Shown here one piece after another: positions 25,537-33,519 of a stretch of DNA of 48,750 bases. The translations under genes were made by a program, and so were the position numbers. Position 1 is the first letter of the stretch. Each line of letters starts with the position of its first letter. The stretch is from Candidatus Binatus sp. (GTDB lineage Bacteria > Desulfobacterota > Binatia > DP-6), in assembly GCA_035476275.1 (NCBI GenBank), contig DATILR010000470.1, forward strand, positions 1-48,750. The letters run 5' to 3'. The notes below the pieces were generated by a model. The model was given only the letters and a program-made list of their open reading frames with translations, had not been told where the DNA came from and did no database searches.

Positions 25537-25731
25537 CTACGCTCCCTTGTAGACCACCTCCCATCTTCCGTCATGCCAAAGGTCGGGGTGTAGGAGGATC
25601 AGAGCCGGGAGGCGCAGGCGTGCCCAGGGGGCTTCCTGCGCCACCCGCTCCAGCGGCAGCATCGAGCAGTCCACGAGCACCTCGTGGTCGACGCGAAAGT
25701 AGTCGGGCGTGGTGTTGATCGTGACCCTCAC
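25537..25731 (-). CDS. Hypothetical protein (64 aa)
   Basis: GTG in a GTGA overlap with the upstream stop. Only the C-terminal third of the 175-aa ORF looks coding. Confidence 0.5.
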   Translation of the reverse strand: MRVTINTTPDYFRVDHEVLVDCSMLPLERVAQEAPWARLRLPALILLHPDLWHDGRWEVVYKGA

Positions 25732-26015
25732 GACGGCTCCCGCGCGCGCATGATGTCGCCGCCGTCCGCGAGCGTGATCGCGTCCTGCAGCTGACGGGCG
25801 AGGTAGCCGGCGTGCTCGCGGCAGAGGCGCAGCGTCCACTTCTCCCACACGTCGCCGCTCCGGCGGTGAAACCGGTTGACGATCTCGACCTCGGGCACGC
25901 CGCTGCAGTCGTCCTCGTCCAGGCTCCCGGCCCACTGGTCGCAGAAGATGTTCTCGCCGGCGTGCTTGACGTGCTCGGCGTCGAAGCTGCGAGGGAGCAC
26001 CCGGACGGTGATCAC
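25728..26015 (-). CDS. Hypothetical Cys-containing protein (95 aa)
   Basis: GTGA overlap with the upstream gene; coding bias. Confidence 0.6.
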   Translation of the reverse strand: MITVRVLPRSFDAEHVKHAGENIFCDQWAGSLDEDDCSGVPEVEIVNRFHRRSGDVWEKWTLRLCREHAGYLARQLQDAITLADGGDIMRAREPS

Positions 26016-26182
26016 GGCTCCCCCACGCGGCGCGTCGAGCGGGTGATGAATCTCTCGACGTCACCCGGCCGGAACAGCGTGCGCCCGCAGATCTTCAGGA
26101 ACGGCAACTGGCCGTCGGCGATCAGCCGGTAGACGGTCTGGCGCGACACGCTCAGCGCCTCGCAGACGTCCTTCACGCTCAT
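26012..26182 (-). CDS. xis: Excisionase-family (MerR/HTH_17-type) DNA-binding protein (56 aa)
   Basis: VKDVCEALSVSRQTVYRLIADGQLPFLKICGRTLFRPGDVERFI. An alternative GTG start at 26200 sits in a GTGA overlap. Confidence 0.75.
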   Translation of the reverse strand: MSVKDVCEALSVSRQTVYRLIADGQLPFLKICGRTLFRPGDVERFITRSTRRVGEP

Positions 26183-26196
26183 CAGCGGCTCGACGC

Positions 26197-27087
26197 TCAC
26201 GGCAGATCTCCGTGGGTCATCGTTTCGGCCAGATACGCGTGAAACGGGTCGTCGCCCATCGCGTACTGCGAGATGCTCCAGCCGTAGTACAGGCCGAGCA
26301 CGGGGATCACGCTCAGGTAGCCGCGAGCTTGCGCTTCGCTCACGAGCGCGTCCACGAAGCCGTTCGGGTCGTGCATCCAGTCGCTGTTGTCGTTCGCGTA
26401 CGCTTCGACCATGCAGACGACGCCGCGCTCCTGGCAGTACAGATCGAAGCCGGCCATCGTGCGCGACGGCTCCAGATTCGTGACGATCGCCAGCGGCAGG
26501 TGCGGGTTGACCTCGTAGGCGGCGCCGATCGCGTCCATCGCCGCCTGCCCTTGCCCCGTCTCTGCTTGAGCACAATAAAAATCTGGGTTGAAGCTGAGCG
26601 CCAGCCGCGCCCGGTCGGCGCTCGGCCACGCGTCCCATAGCCCGACCTTCAGGCCGCGCGCGCGGCCGGCCGACATGTAGTCGCCGCCCAGTTCGCGGTA
26701 CAGCTGCACGAGCACGCTGCGGTAGCCCGAGCGCACGAACGCGTCGCAGGCCTGCTCGGGATTCCACTGACGACCGTTGTAGTCCGACCCCTTGTCGGGC
26801 TGCGGTGACTGCGGGTCGCTCATGTTGCTGCCGGCGCCGCCGGCCACGAACACGCCGTTCTCGAACTTGGTGGGCGCGATCGGGTTGGGCGGCTCAGGCT
26901 GAGGGTCCGGCGGCTTCACCCCGTCGTGGTCGTTCTTGAGGATCTGCAGCGTCCTCTCCAGCTTGTCGTAGGCGCCCCAGGTCGCCAGGTTGTTCGGGTC
27001 GCGGGCTGGCTTCGTGCCGCCGGGGTCGAGCACGCGCAGTCGCTCGATCGAGGCGTGGATCCCGTCCTGATCGCCGATCTTGGTCAT
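26197..27087 (-). CDS. Hypothetical protein, possible TIM-barrel glycosidase-like fold (296 aa)
   Basis: ATG (MTKIGDQ) in an ATGA overlap. Pro-rich linker, then an alternating beta/alpha-looking C-domain. The family assignment is tentative. Confidence 0.6.
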   Translation of the reverse strand: MTKIGDQDGIHASIERLRVLDPGGTKPARDPNNLATWGAYDKLERTLQILKNDHDGVKPPDPQPEPPNPIAPTKFENGVFVAGGAGSNMSDPQSPQPDKGSDYNGRQWNPEQACDAFVRSGYRSVLVQLYRELGGDYMSAGRARGLKVGLWDAWPSADRARLALSFNPDFYCAQAETGQGQAAMDAIGAAYEVNPHLPLAIVTNLEPSRTMAGFDLYCQERGVVCMVEAYANDNSDWMHDPNGFVDALVSEAQARGYLSVIPVLGLYYGWSISQYAMGDDPFHAYLAETMTHGDLP

Positions 27088-27602
27088 GCCTTCCCCCCCA
27101 CTGCTTTCTCGACGTTGCGTGCCTGCTTCGTGTCGCCGTCGCAGGCCTTCAGGAGCCGCTCGCGCCTTGACGGCGCGTCGACAGGCAGCACCTGCGGTAG
27201 TTCCGAGACGACCAGCTGGCAGTACGCGCGCGGGCCGTAGAACTTCCGCGCGTACACCACGGCCAGCTGCGAGTCGTTGCGGTAGACGACGCCCTGCAGC
27301 GCGTCGGCGATCGCGCGCACGAGCTTGTCGACGTCGGGCGGCGAAGGCATGAAGGTGGGCGCGCTCGGCTTCAGCAGGGTCGAGCGCTTCCCCGTTCCGT
27401 AGTGCGACTTCGGTCGCGGGAACACGAACGCGACCTCCAGCGACAGCGCCCCGGCGAGCAGGCCGCGCTCGCCCATGACGTGGGCGCCGGCCGCGGCCAC
27501 CGTGCCGCGCCAGGGCTTCGTGTTCGCGTTCGCCTCGCTGCCCCACGGCGTCTTCGACCCCTGCGGCGCCGGCGTCCCGTCGATCAGGATCTCCACGATC
27601 AT
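27084..27602 (-). CDS. rusA: RusA-family Holliday-junction resolvase (172 aa)
   Basis: GTPAPQGSK near the N-terminus and PDVDKLVRAIADALQGVVYRNDSQL match the RusA consensus. Confidence 0.8.
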   Translation of the reverse strand: MIVEILIDGTPAPQGSKTPWGSEANANTKPWRGTVAAAGAHVMGERGLLAGALSLEVAFVFPRPKSHYGTGKRSTLLKPSAPTFMPSPPDVDKLVRAIADALQGVVYRNDSQLAVVYARKFYGPRAYCQLVVSELPQVLPVDAPSRRERLLKACDGDTKQARNVEKAVGGKA

Positions 27603-27696
27603 CGTCTGTGCCTCCGCTTCCCGCGCCGGCGGCGGTAGCGCCGGCCGGCGCTCGTGCTCGGAGCGCGAGCCTTCTTCGGCTTCTCGCTCCACTTGC

Positions 27697-27963
27697 TCAC
27701 TTCAATCCCATCTCCGCGCGCCACTCCTTGTTCAGGCGGCGCGCCTCGCGGTGGGCGCGGATCTCGGGCCGCACCTTCACCGTGATCAGGAGCGTGCAGC
27801 GGTGCGAGCGGATCCGTAGCGGCCCCGCGTTCCGGTACGTGCGCACGACGCTCCAGTTGTCGAGCGTGTCGAAGATGTAGGCGGTCGTCGTCAGGCGGCC
27901 GGTATCCGTGAAGCCGGTCACGGTGCCGGGCTGGAAGCGGGTGCGCCGCACCTCACCCACCAC
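27697..27963 (-). CDS. Hypothetical protein (88 aa)
   Basis: GTG start overlapping the HNH gene's stop; coding bias; start uncertain. Confidence 0.55.
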   Translation of the reverse strand: MVGEVRRTRFQPGTVTGFTDTGRLTTTAYIFDTLDNWSVVRTYRNAGPLRIRSHRCTLLITVKVRPEIRAHREARRLNKEWRAEMGLK

Positions 27964-28621
27964 GGCCCCCGAGCGCGTCGATGAAGCGCTTGCGATCCTG
28001 CTGCGCGTACACGAGCGCGGGGACGAGCACGTAGTACCGGCCGCTCGCGTTCGGCTCGACGTGCAGGAGCGGCGCCAGGTCGTCCACGAGCGTGTCGAGC
28101 ACCTCGGCGCCGTTCTCTTCGGCGTCGGCCGGCACCGGCACTGTCCAAGACTTGCGACGGCGCCCCGGATGCGGAGCGGAGCGCCGTCGCTTTAGCTGCC
28201 CGCAGGACGGGCAGCGATCCGACTCCTCGATGGTGGCGGAGGCTCGCGTGGCGAGCGATTCGGGAGTCGGAGGCTGTGGCTCCAGGGGCGCGATCCGCTC
28301 GAAGCCGAGACGGCCCCGAGACAGGTTCAGCACCCGGCACCAGACGAACACGCCATGCACGAGCCGGATCGCCGCCTGGTGGCCGCCCACGCGCCCCGTG
28401 ACCATGTCGTGGCAGTCAGGGCACAGGCCGGTCTTGTTGGCGAAGACCTCGCCGTTGATCTCGACCCAGTCCGCCGGCCCCGCGGTCGCCGAGCGTCGCA
28501 CGATGTGATGCGCGTGCTCGGCGATCCGGCCGCAACGCGGGTTCGCGCAGTACGGCCCCACCGTGTAGTCCGGCCCATCGACGCGGAAGATCGCGTCGGT
28601 GTCGACGGGGTCGAGCGTCAC
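27953..28621 (-). CDS. HNH endonuclease-like protein (222 aa)
   Basis: GTGA overlap with the upstream gene. CANPRCGRIAEHAHHIV ... CPDCHDMV is an HNH/zinc arrangement. A second CPSC pair lies downstream. Confidence 0.65.
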   Translation of the reverse strand: MTLDPVDTDAIFRVDGPDYTVGPYCANPRCGRIAEHAHHIVRRSATAGPADWVEINGEVFANKTGLCPDCHDMVTGRVGGHQAAIRLVHGVFVWCRVLNLSRGRLGFERIAPLEPQPPTPESLATRASATIEESDRCPSCGQLKRRRSAPHPGRRRKSWTVPVPADAEENGAEVLDTLVDDLAPLLHVEPNASGRYYVLVPALVYAQQDRKRFIDALGGRGG

Positions 28622-29448
28622 TCGTCGTCCTCGCCCTTCGTGAAGTCCTGGGGGCGGAGGATTGGGTCGATCTTGTTCGCCTTCGGCAGCCCGTGGTTGT
28701 ACTCGCCGAGCAGCGCTATGTAGTAGCTCGTCGGCGTGACGCTCCGGTGCCCGATCGCCATGGCGGCCTGCGTGACGGCGATCAGCCCCGCCCTGCGAAT
28801 TCGAGTCGAGAGGCGGTTCACGTTGATCTCGCGGTGCCGGCTCAGCACCCAGTGCGTCGCGGTCAGGAAGGCGCCGGGCGCCGTGTCCTTCGAGATCTCG
28901 CCCAGGGTCACCTTGATGAAAGTGAGGACGGCCTTGAGGTCGTGCTCGCCGCCGCGCTCGTGGATTTCCTTGAGCGCGCCGATCCCGTTCAGGTTGTTGC
29001 GGCCGAAGCCGTCGGTGCCGCGGATGCCGGCGCCGAACGAGACGACGATGTCGTGGATCGTGACGGCGTCCGGCTTGCCGGCCGCGACGTCGCCCTTGAA
29101 CTTGTCGAGCGCCGAGAGCGGCTTCGTGTTGTTGAGGGCCGTGTACATCTCGGCTTCCTCGTCCACGGTCAGCCCCTCGAACACGCGCGCGAGCATCTCC
29201 GGCTCGGCGGCCTTCTTCGCACCCAGCCAGCGCTGCTGGCCGTCGATGATGTACAGCCATCCGTCGGCTCGGCGGTTCACGACGATGTAGCCCGCCAGCA
29301 CGAGGTTGTAGTGCAGGCCGATCTCCTGGACGAGCGAGTTGACGCGCCGACGCTGGTACGTCTCGTCCACGCGGCACTCGGCGCAGGCGATGACCTCTTC
29401 GTCCCAGGACTTTTCTTCCATGATCGACGGGAGCGTGATCACACTCAC
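28618..29448 (-). CDS. ParB/Srx-fold N-terminal-domain protein (276 aa)
   Basis: YIIDGQQRWLGA is a DGQHR/ParB-type motif, preceded by a beta-strand-rich N-terminus. GTGA overlap with the upstream gene. Confidence 0.65.
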   Translation of the reverse strand: MSVITLPSIMEEKSWDEEVIACAECRVDETYQRRRVNSLVQEIGLHYNLVLAGYIVVNRRADGWLYIIDGQQRWLGAKKAAEPEMLARVFEGLTVDEEAEMYTALNNTKPLSALDKFKGDVAAGKPDAVTIHDIVVSFGAGIRGTDGFGRNNLNGIGALKEIHERGGEHDLKAVLTFIKVTLGEISKDTAPGAFLTATHWVLSRHREINVNRLSTRIRRAGLIAVTQAAMAIGHRSVTPTSYYIALLGEYNHGLPKANKIDPILRPQDFTKGEDDE

Positions 29449-30176
29449 CCCCGCACCTCCTCCCTCAGCAGCTTGGCTCCCTGCTCGGCATAGCCGGCGC
29501 GGCGCTCGTCCAGGAAGTCGATGACCTCGCGGAGCGCGCGCGCTCGCCGAGCAGCTTCAGCGATCGAGATCCAGCCGTCGTCCGACACACGCCACGAGCG
29601 GACGGCGCCCTGGATCCGGTTCAGCAGCCAGGACGTCTCGTTGGCCGCTGCCGTCGCCGCTTCCATGGCCGGCGACCTGCGAGCCGCCTGAACGGTGGCC
29701 GACACCGCCGACGGCGAGATGTCCAGGGACGCGGCGATCACCTTCTGCATCTCGCCCGCCTGGACGCGCGCCAGGATCTCGCGCTTCTCGTCCGGGGTGA
29801 GGTTGCGGCCCGCCGGGCGACGTGTCCCATTTCGGGACGCCTTCGTGGCCGGCAATGCCGTAGGGCTGGACGCTGGCGACGGCGCTGTCCCAAAGGGGAC
29901 AAGATCGCGGTGAACCTGGCTCTTGCCGGTGCCGATGACGGCCGCGATCTCGCGGATCGTCATGCCCTCACGAGCTAGCTCCACGACCGCCTCGCGCCGC
30001 TCCTCGATCGCCAGCCGCACGTAGCCGCCGAACCGCTGCGTCACCCACTCCTCGGCGTTCATGCCGAGCGCCTCGGGCACGCCCAGGCGCAGGCCGAGCG
30101 CGATCTGTCGCCAGTTGCTCTCGCGCGCCAGGCCGAGCGCGGCCGTGAACTCCTCGGCGTCCTTGGCGTCCATCAT
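29445..30176 (-). CDS. DNA-binding protein with two HTH motifs (243 aa)
   Basis: MTIREIAAVIGTGKSQVHRDL and EMQKVIAASLDISPSAVSATV are separated by a Pro/Ser/Ala linker. Confidence 0.6.
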   Translation of the reverse strand: MMDAKDAEEFTAALGLARESNWRQIALGLRLGVPEALGMNAEEWVTQRFGGYVRLAIEERREAVVELAREGMTIREIAAVIGTGKSQVHRDLVPFGTAPSPASSPTALPATKASRNGTRRPAGRNLTPDEKREILARVQAGEMQKVIAASLDISPSAVSATVQAARRSPAMEAATAAANETSWLLNRIQGAVRSWRVSDDGWISIAEAARRARALREVIDFLDERRAGYAEQGAKLLREEVRG

Positions 30177-31063
30177 TCGACCCTCCAGGCAGGGCAGGTG
30201 GGCCGATAGCCGCAGTAGTCACAGGCCCAATTGTGGAAGCGACCCAGGAACGGCCACGGCTCGTCGGGACCGAACTGGGCCATGTAGAAGTTGGCCGTCC
30301 AGATCAAGGCCTTGAGCGTGTCCACGAGCACGACGCGCTCGTGCGGCGTCGGATCCACGAGCAGCGCCTCGGCTTCGAGCGGCGTGTAGATCGAGACGGT
30401 GTTCTTGGCCGTGGCCGTGACCGAGTGAAACTCCACCGGCTTGCCGCGCGCCTCGCCGTAGATCAGCGCCTGAATGCGCCAGTCCTCCTTCGGCTTCTTG
30501 GCGGCCGACTTGCCGGTCTTGACGTCGATCGTCGTCGTGTCGCGCTCGACGTCGAAGCGGCCCACGATCGGCACCGGCAGCCCCAGGTCGAGCGTGATCT
30601 CCTGCTCGACCGCGAGCGGCTGCACGCGCGGCACGACCTTCTCGTGGTAGCGGGACAGCATCAGCCGGCCACGAGCGCCGGCCTTCTCTGCCGCGCTGAC
30701 CGTGACCCTTCCTTCGACCATGGTCGGCGGCGTGTCCCACTCGATCTCCTCGCCGGCGCGCTCCTGCTCGCGCTCGACCGTCTCGGGCCAGCCCACGTCG
30801 TCGTACCAGTCCAGGATCGCCGGCAGCGGGATGTCGATGTGCGAGGCGACCTTCTGTCTGAAGTTCTCCTCGACGGCGCGATGAACGGCGCTCCCCACCG
30901 TGAGCGATTCGGCCGGCCGGCGCTTCTCGTGCAGGATGTAGCGCCGGCGGTACTGCTCCGGGCAACGCTGGAACATCGCCGCCGAGGTCGGCGACCAGTG
31001 GTCGACCGGCAGCACCCACGGTCGCGGGTCGACCGGCGTCAGGAAGCGGTCGAGGTCGATCAC
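30173..31063 (-). CDS. PD-(D/E)XK exonuclease, RecB/Cas4-like (296 aa)
   Basis: GTGA overlap with the upstream gene. GRFDVE...IDVKTGK (D-E-K), QALIY (QxxxY) and a C-terminal CDYCGYRPTCPAW cysteine cluster. Confidence 0.75.
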   Translation of the reverse strand: MIDLDRFLTPVDPRPWVLPVDHWSPTSAAMFQRCPEQYRRRYILHEKRRPAESLTVGSAVHRAVEENFRQKVASHIDIPLPAILDWYDDVGWPETVEREQERAGEEIEWDTPPTMVEGRVTVSAAEKAGARGRLMLSRYHEKVVPRVQPLAVEQEITLDLGLPVPIVGRFDVERDTTTIDVKTGKSAAKKPKEDWRIQALIYGEARGKPVEFHSVTATAKNTVSIYTPLEAEALLVDPTPHERVVLVDTLKALIWTANFYMAQFGPDEPWPFLGRFHNWACDYCGYRPTCPAWRVE

Positions 31064-31374
31064 GCGAAGTCGACCGCCTCGACCGCCGGCTCCTCGCCGG
31101 CAGCTTCGTAGATCGTGTTCGGGCCGCGTACCGGGATCAGATGGATGTAGATGTCCCATTCGGCCGGCGTGTCCTTGGCGCGCCGGTAGCCGCCCGGAGG
31201 GCGATCGGGCGCGGGGATCGCGGCGCTGCTCGTGAACGTCGTCCCGCCCAACGCGAGCAGCCACTCGGCCAGGTCGGGATCGTTGGTCAGCACGAACACG
31301 GCGTGACCGTCCTGAAGCCGGTAGATCCGACCATTGAGATGACGGATGCGGCGCAGCAGCTGCGCCGCCGTCAT
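31060..31374 (-). CDS. Hypothetical protein (104 aa)
   Basis: ATG (MTAAQLL) after GAGGAAG. An alternative ATG lies at 31404. Confidence 0.55.
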   Translation of the reverse strand: MTAAQLLRRIRHLNGRIYRLQDGHAVFVLTNDPDLAEWLLALGGTTFTSSAAIPAPDRPPGGYRRAKDTPAEWDIYIHLIPVRGPNTIYEAAGEEPAVEAVDFA

Positions 31375-31387
31375 CGACGGGGCTTCC

Positions 31388-32008
31388 TCACCGCGTCGCA
31401 TCAAAAGGGATGTCGTCGTCCCCGTAGCCGGGGTGCGACGGATCGGGTCCGGGGTCGGGTGTCCAGTCGCGCTCGCCGAAGCCGCGCATCCGCGGGGCGC
31501 GGAATCCGGGTGTGGTCGCGAGCGGCGTGCTCGGGTAGTCGGGCACCGGCTCGAAGAACAGGAACTCGGCTACCTCGCGCGCCAGCCCCTTGACGCGCTC
31601 GATCGTGCGCTGCTCCTCGGCCACGTTCGGCAGCAGCAGCATGGCGACCTTCACGCCCGTGCCCAGCGAGATGCGCCAGGCCGTCTCGGGGTGCGTGCGC
31701 GACATCGTCTTGCCGTCGTCGCCGCCGCGCTCGATCCCGTCGTCCAGCGGTAGCTTCTGCTGCCGCTCGACGTACGGCTCGGCGTGGTCGTAGTAGTTGT
31801 CCTCCCAGACGCCCTTGCCATCGCGCTTCGGCCGCGTGCGCTGGTTGAACACGATCAGCGACGGCCCCTTGCCCTTCAGGCCGGCGGCTTCCCTGGCCTT
31901 GTCCTCGTCCTTGGTGTCGAGCCGCTCGACGTCGTCGTTGTCCGTGAAGATCCGGTACCAGTCGCCGTCTTCCTTGACGCGAATGATCTCGGCCACCATC
32001 TCCTGCAT
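31388..32008 (-). CDS. Putative ssDNA-binding/recombination protein with SSB-like acidic tip (206 aa)
   Basis: ATG after AAGGAGG in a TGATG overlap. Disordered Pro/Gly C-terminal region ending GDDDIPFDATR. Adjacent to the exonuclease gene. Confidence 0.5.
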   Translation of the reverse strand: MQEMVAEIIRVKEDGDWYRIFTDNDDVERLDTKDEDKAREAAGLKGKGPSLIVFNQRTRPKRDGKGVWEDNYYDHAEPYVERQQKLPLDDGIERGGDDGKTMSRTHPETAWRISLGTGVKVAMLLLPNVAEEQRTIERVKGLAREVAEFLFFEPVPDYPSTPLATTPGFRAPRMRGFGERDWTPDPGPDPSHPGYGDDDIPFDATR

Positions 32009-32253
32009 CAGTCCTCCTCCTTCACGCCCCACATCAGCCAGTCGGGGTGGCAGCGGAGGATCGAGCAGACGGAGCGCACGTTGATGCCGCCCTGGGGGCG
32101 GAACGTGCCGCGTTCCCAGTTGGAGATCGTCTCGCGCGTGACGCCGGCGAGATCGGCAAGCTCGGTCTGGGTGTAGCCGTACTTCCGGCGCCGAGCGCGC
32201 AGTCGAATCGCGAAATTCTCGTCGGCCCGATGGTCTTCCACCGTTGTCGCCAT
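32008..32253 (-). CDS. Cro-like XRE-family HTH regulator (81 aa)
   Basis: ATG (MATTVEDH) after GGAGG. YGYTQTELADLAGVTRETISNWERG. First gene leftward of the operator-containing gap. An alternative GTG start lies at 32286. Confidence 0.8.
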   Translation of the reverse strand: MATTVEDHRADENFAIRLRARRRKYGYTQTELADLAGVTRETISNWERGTFRPQGGINVRSVCSILRCHPDWLMWGVKEED

Positions 32254-32310
32254 GCTCCGAATACCTCCCCGTATCTCGATGGTCACGTTACTAGCTGAAG
32301 CGACCCCGGA

Positions 32311-32332
32311 ACGAAATTCCGCATGCGGAATT
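32311..32332. promoter_or_regulatory. Operator candidate O1 (ACGAAAtTCCGCATGCGGAaTT; perfect 18-bp palindrome at 32315-32332)
   Basis: Read directly from the sequence. Lies 58 nt upstream of the Cro-like start, in a locally AT-richer region. Confidence 0.6.
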
Positions 32333-32593
32333 ACGCAAGTGAATGTGAAGAGTTAGGAAGAGGGTGTGAAAAGGCGCTGCAAATAGGCACCCCGAATTCG
32401 CGGCGATAAACCACCTCCTCAGGAAACGTCGCTTCGCCACCGCCGGCCCCCCCACCGTCGGCGGCGGATCTCAGTCCACGGGATCCGGCCCTGTCTCCCG
32501 AGCGATACGCCCGGCAGCGAATCCACCGCAGCTTGGTTCTGAGCCTGCCGACGGGCAACGTAGCCACCCCGTCACCACTTTGCAAGCATTCGC

Positions 32594-32615
32594 ACGAAAG
32601 TCCGCATGCGGAGTT
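32594..32615. promoter_or_regulatory. Operator candidate O2 (ACGAAAgTCCGCATGCGGAgTT; 12-bp palindromic core at 32601-32612)
   Basis: Matches O1 at 20 of 22 positions. Lies 89 nt upstream of the + strand regulator's ATG at 32704. Confidence 0.6.
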
Positions 32616-32703
32616 TGCGGAGCGCGTGCGAAAGGTGGCGCGGATGCCCACCGCGTGTACGCTTCCGGGCGGCGAGGCTCGCCGGCGAGCGGGGAGGGGC
32701 GCG

Positions 32704-33429
32704 ATGTCCACCCTCGCGGCGAAGGTCGAGAAAGTCAGGTTGCTCCTGACGACGCTCCACGATCCGTACCCGGCTCCACGAGCGTCGTTGCGGCCCGATC
32801 CGGGACCCTCACGGTCACGCTACGTCCCCTGCGAGACGTGCCGGCACACGGGCTGGACGAAGAAGCGCGACGGCTACGCGCTCTGCCTCTCGTGCAACGG
32901 AAGCTCGTGGCGCCGGCGCGAGCGCGGCGACCAGGAGTGGGACGCGTACCTGGAGCTACCGCTGCCGGAGGCGGCGTCGCTGCCGCGCGAGCCTGGCCGG
33001 CCGCGTCCCGAGCCGGATGACGACACGTTCGCCTGGGAGCGGCAGCGGGCCGCCTACGATCGGCACGGCTCGTATCGGGAGCTACGGACGGCGCTCGCCT
33101 GGCTCGCGCACCATGACGAGCGCCGGTACCGGCTCGTGCGCGCCGTCCTGATCAACCACGAGCCGCGCACGCTTTCGGCCCTGGATCGGATCGATGTCGA
33201 CCTCGGGGTGATCGCCATCGCGCTCAGGATGAAGACGGTCAGGGTCCCGGCCTGGTTGATCGAGCGATCGAAGGCGGCCGAGAAGCGCGAGACGATCGAG
33301 GCGCTGGCGGGGGAGGGTCTGCGAGCCGGCGAGATCGCGAAACGGCTCGGCATTCCGAAGGAAGTTGTCCGCCGTCGGATGCGGACGTTAAGATCCAAAC
33401 GCGCCGGAATCCCCCTCGGGGCGATGTGA
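32704..33429 (+). CDS. Zinc-ribbon plus C-terminal HTH regulator (241 aa), repressor candidate
   Basis: ATG after GGGGAGGGG. CETCRH...CLSCNG ribbon. C-terminal LRAGEIAKRLGIPKEVVRRRM is a sigma-r4/LuxR-like HTH. Divergent from the Cro-like gene. An alternative ATG lies at 32644. Confidence 0.6.
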   Translation: MSTLAAKVEKVRLLLTTLHDPYPAPRASLRPDPGPSRSRYVPCETCRHTGWTKKRDGYALCLSCNGSSWRRRERGDQEWDAYLELPLPEAASLPREPGRPRPEPDDDTFAWERQRAAYDRHGSYRELRTALAWLAHHDERRYRLVRAVLINHEPRTLSALDRIDVDLGVIAIALRMKTVRVPAWLIERSKAAEKRETIEALAGEGLRAGEIAKRLGIPKEVVRRRMRTLRSKRAGIPLGAM

Positions 33430-33472
33430 GGCGTTACGTCGTCGGTGGCGCAGCGACCCCTCAGAACGACAA

Positions 33473-33492
33473 CGGCCCCCCGAAGGGGGCCG
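33473..33492. terminator. Bidirectional hairpin terminator between convergent genes
   Basis: cggccccc-cgaa-gggggccg (8-bp stem) between 33429 (+ strand gene end) and 33520 (- strand gene end). Confidence 0.55.
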
Positions 33493-33519
33493 AAGTCGCC
33501 ACTACCACGACGTGGGAGT

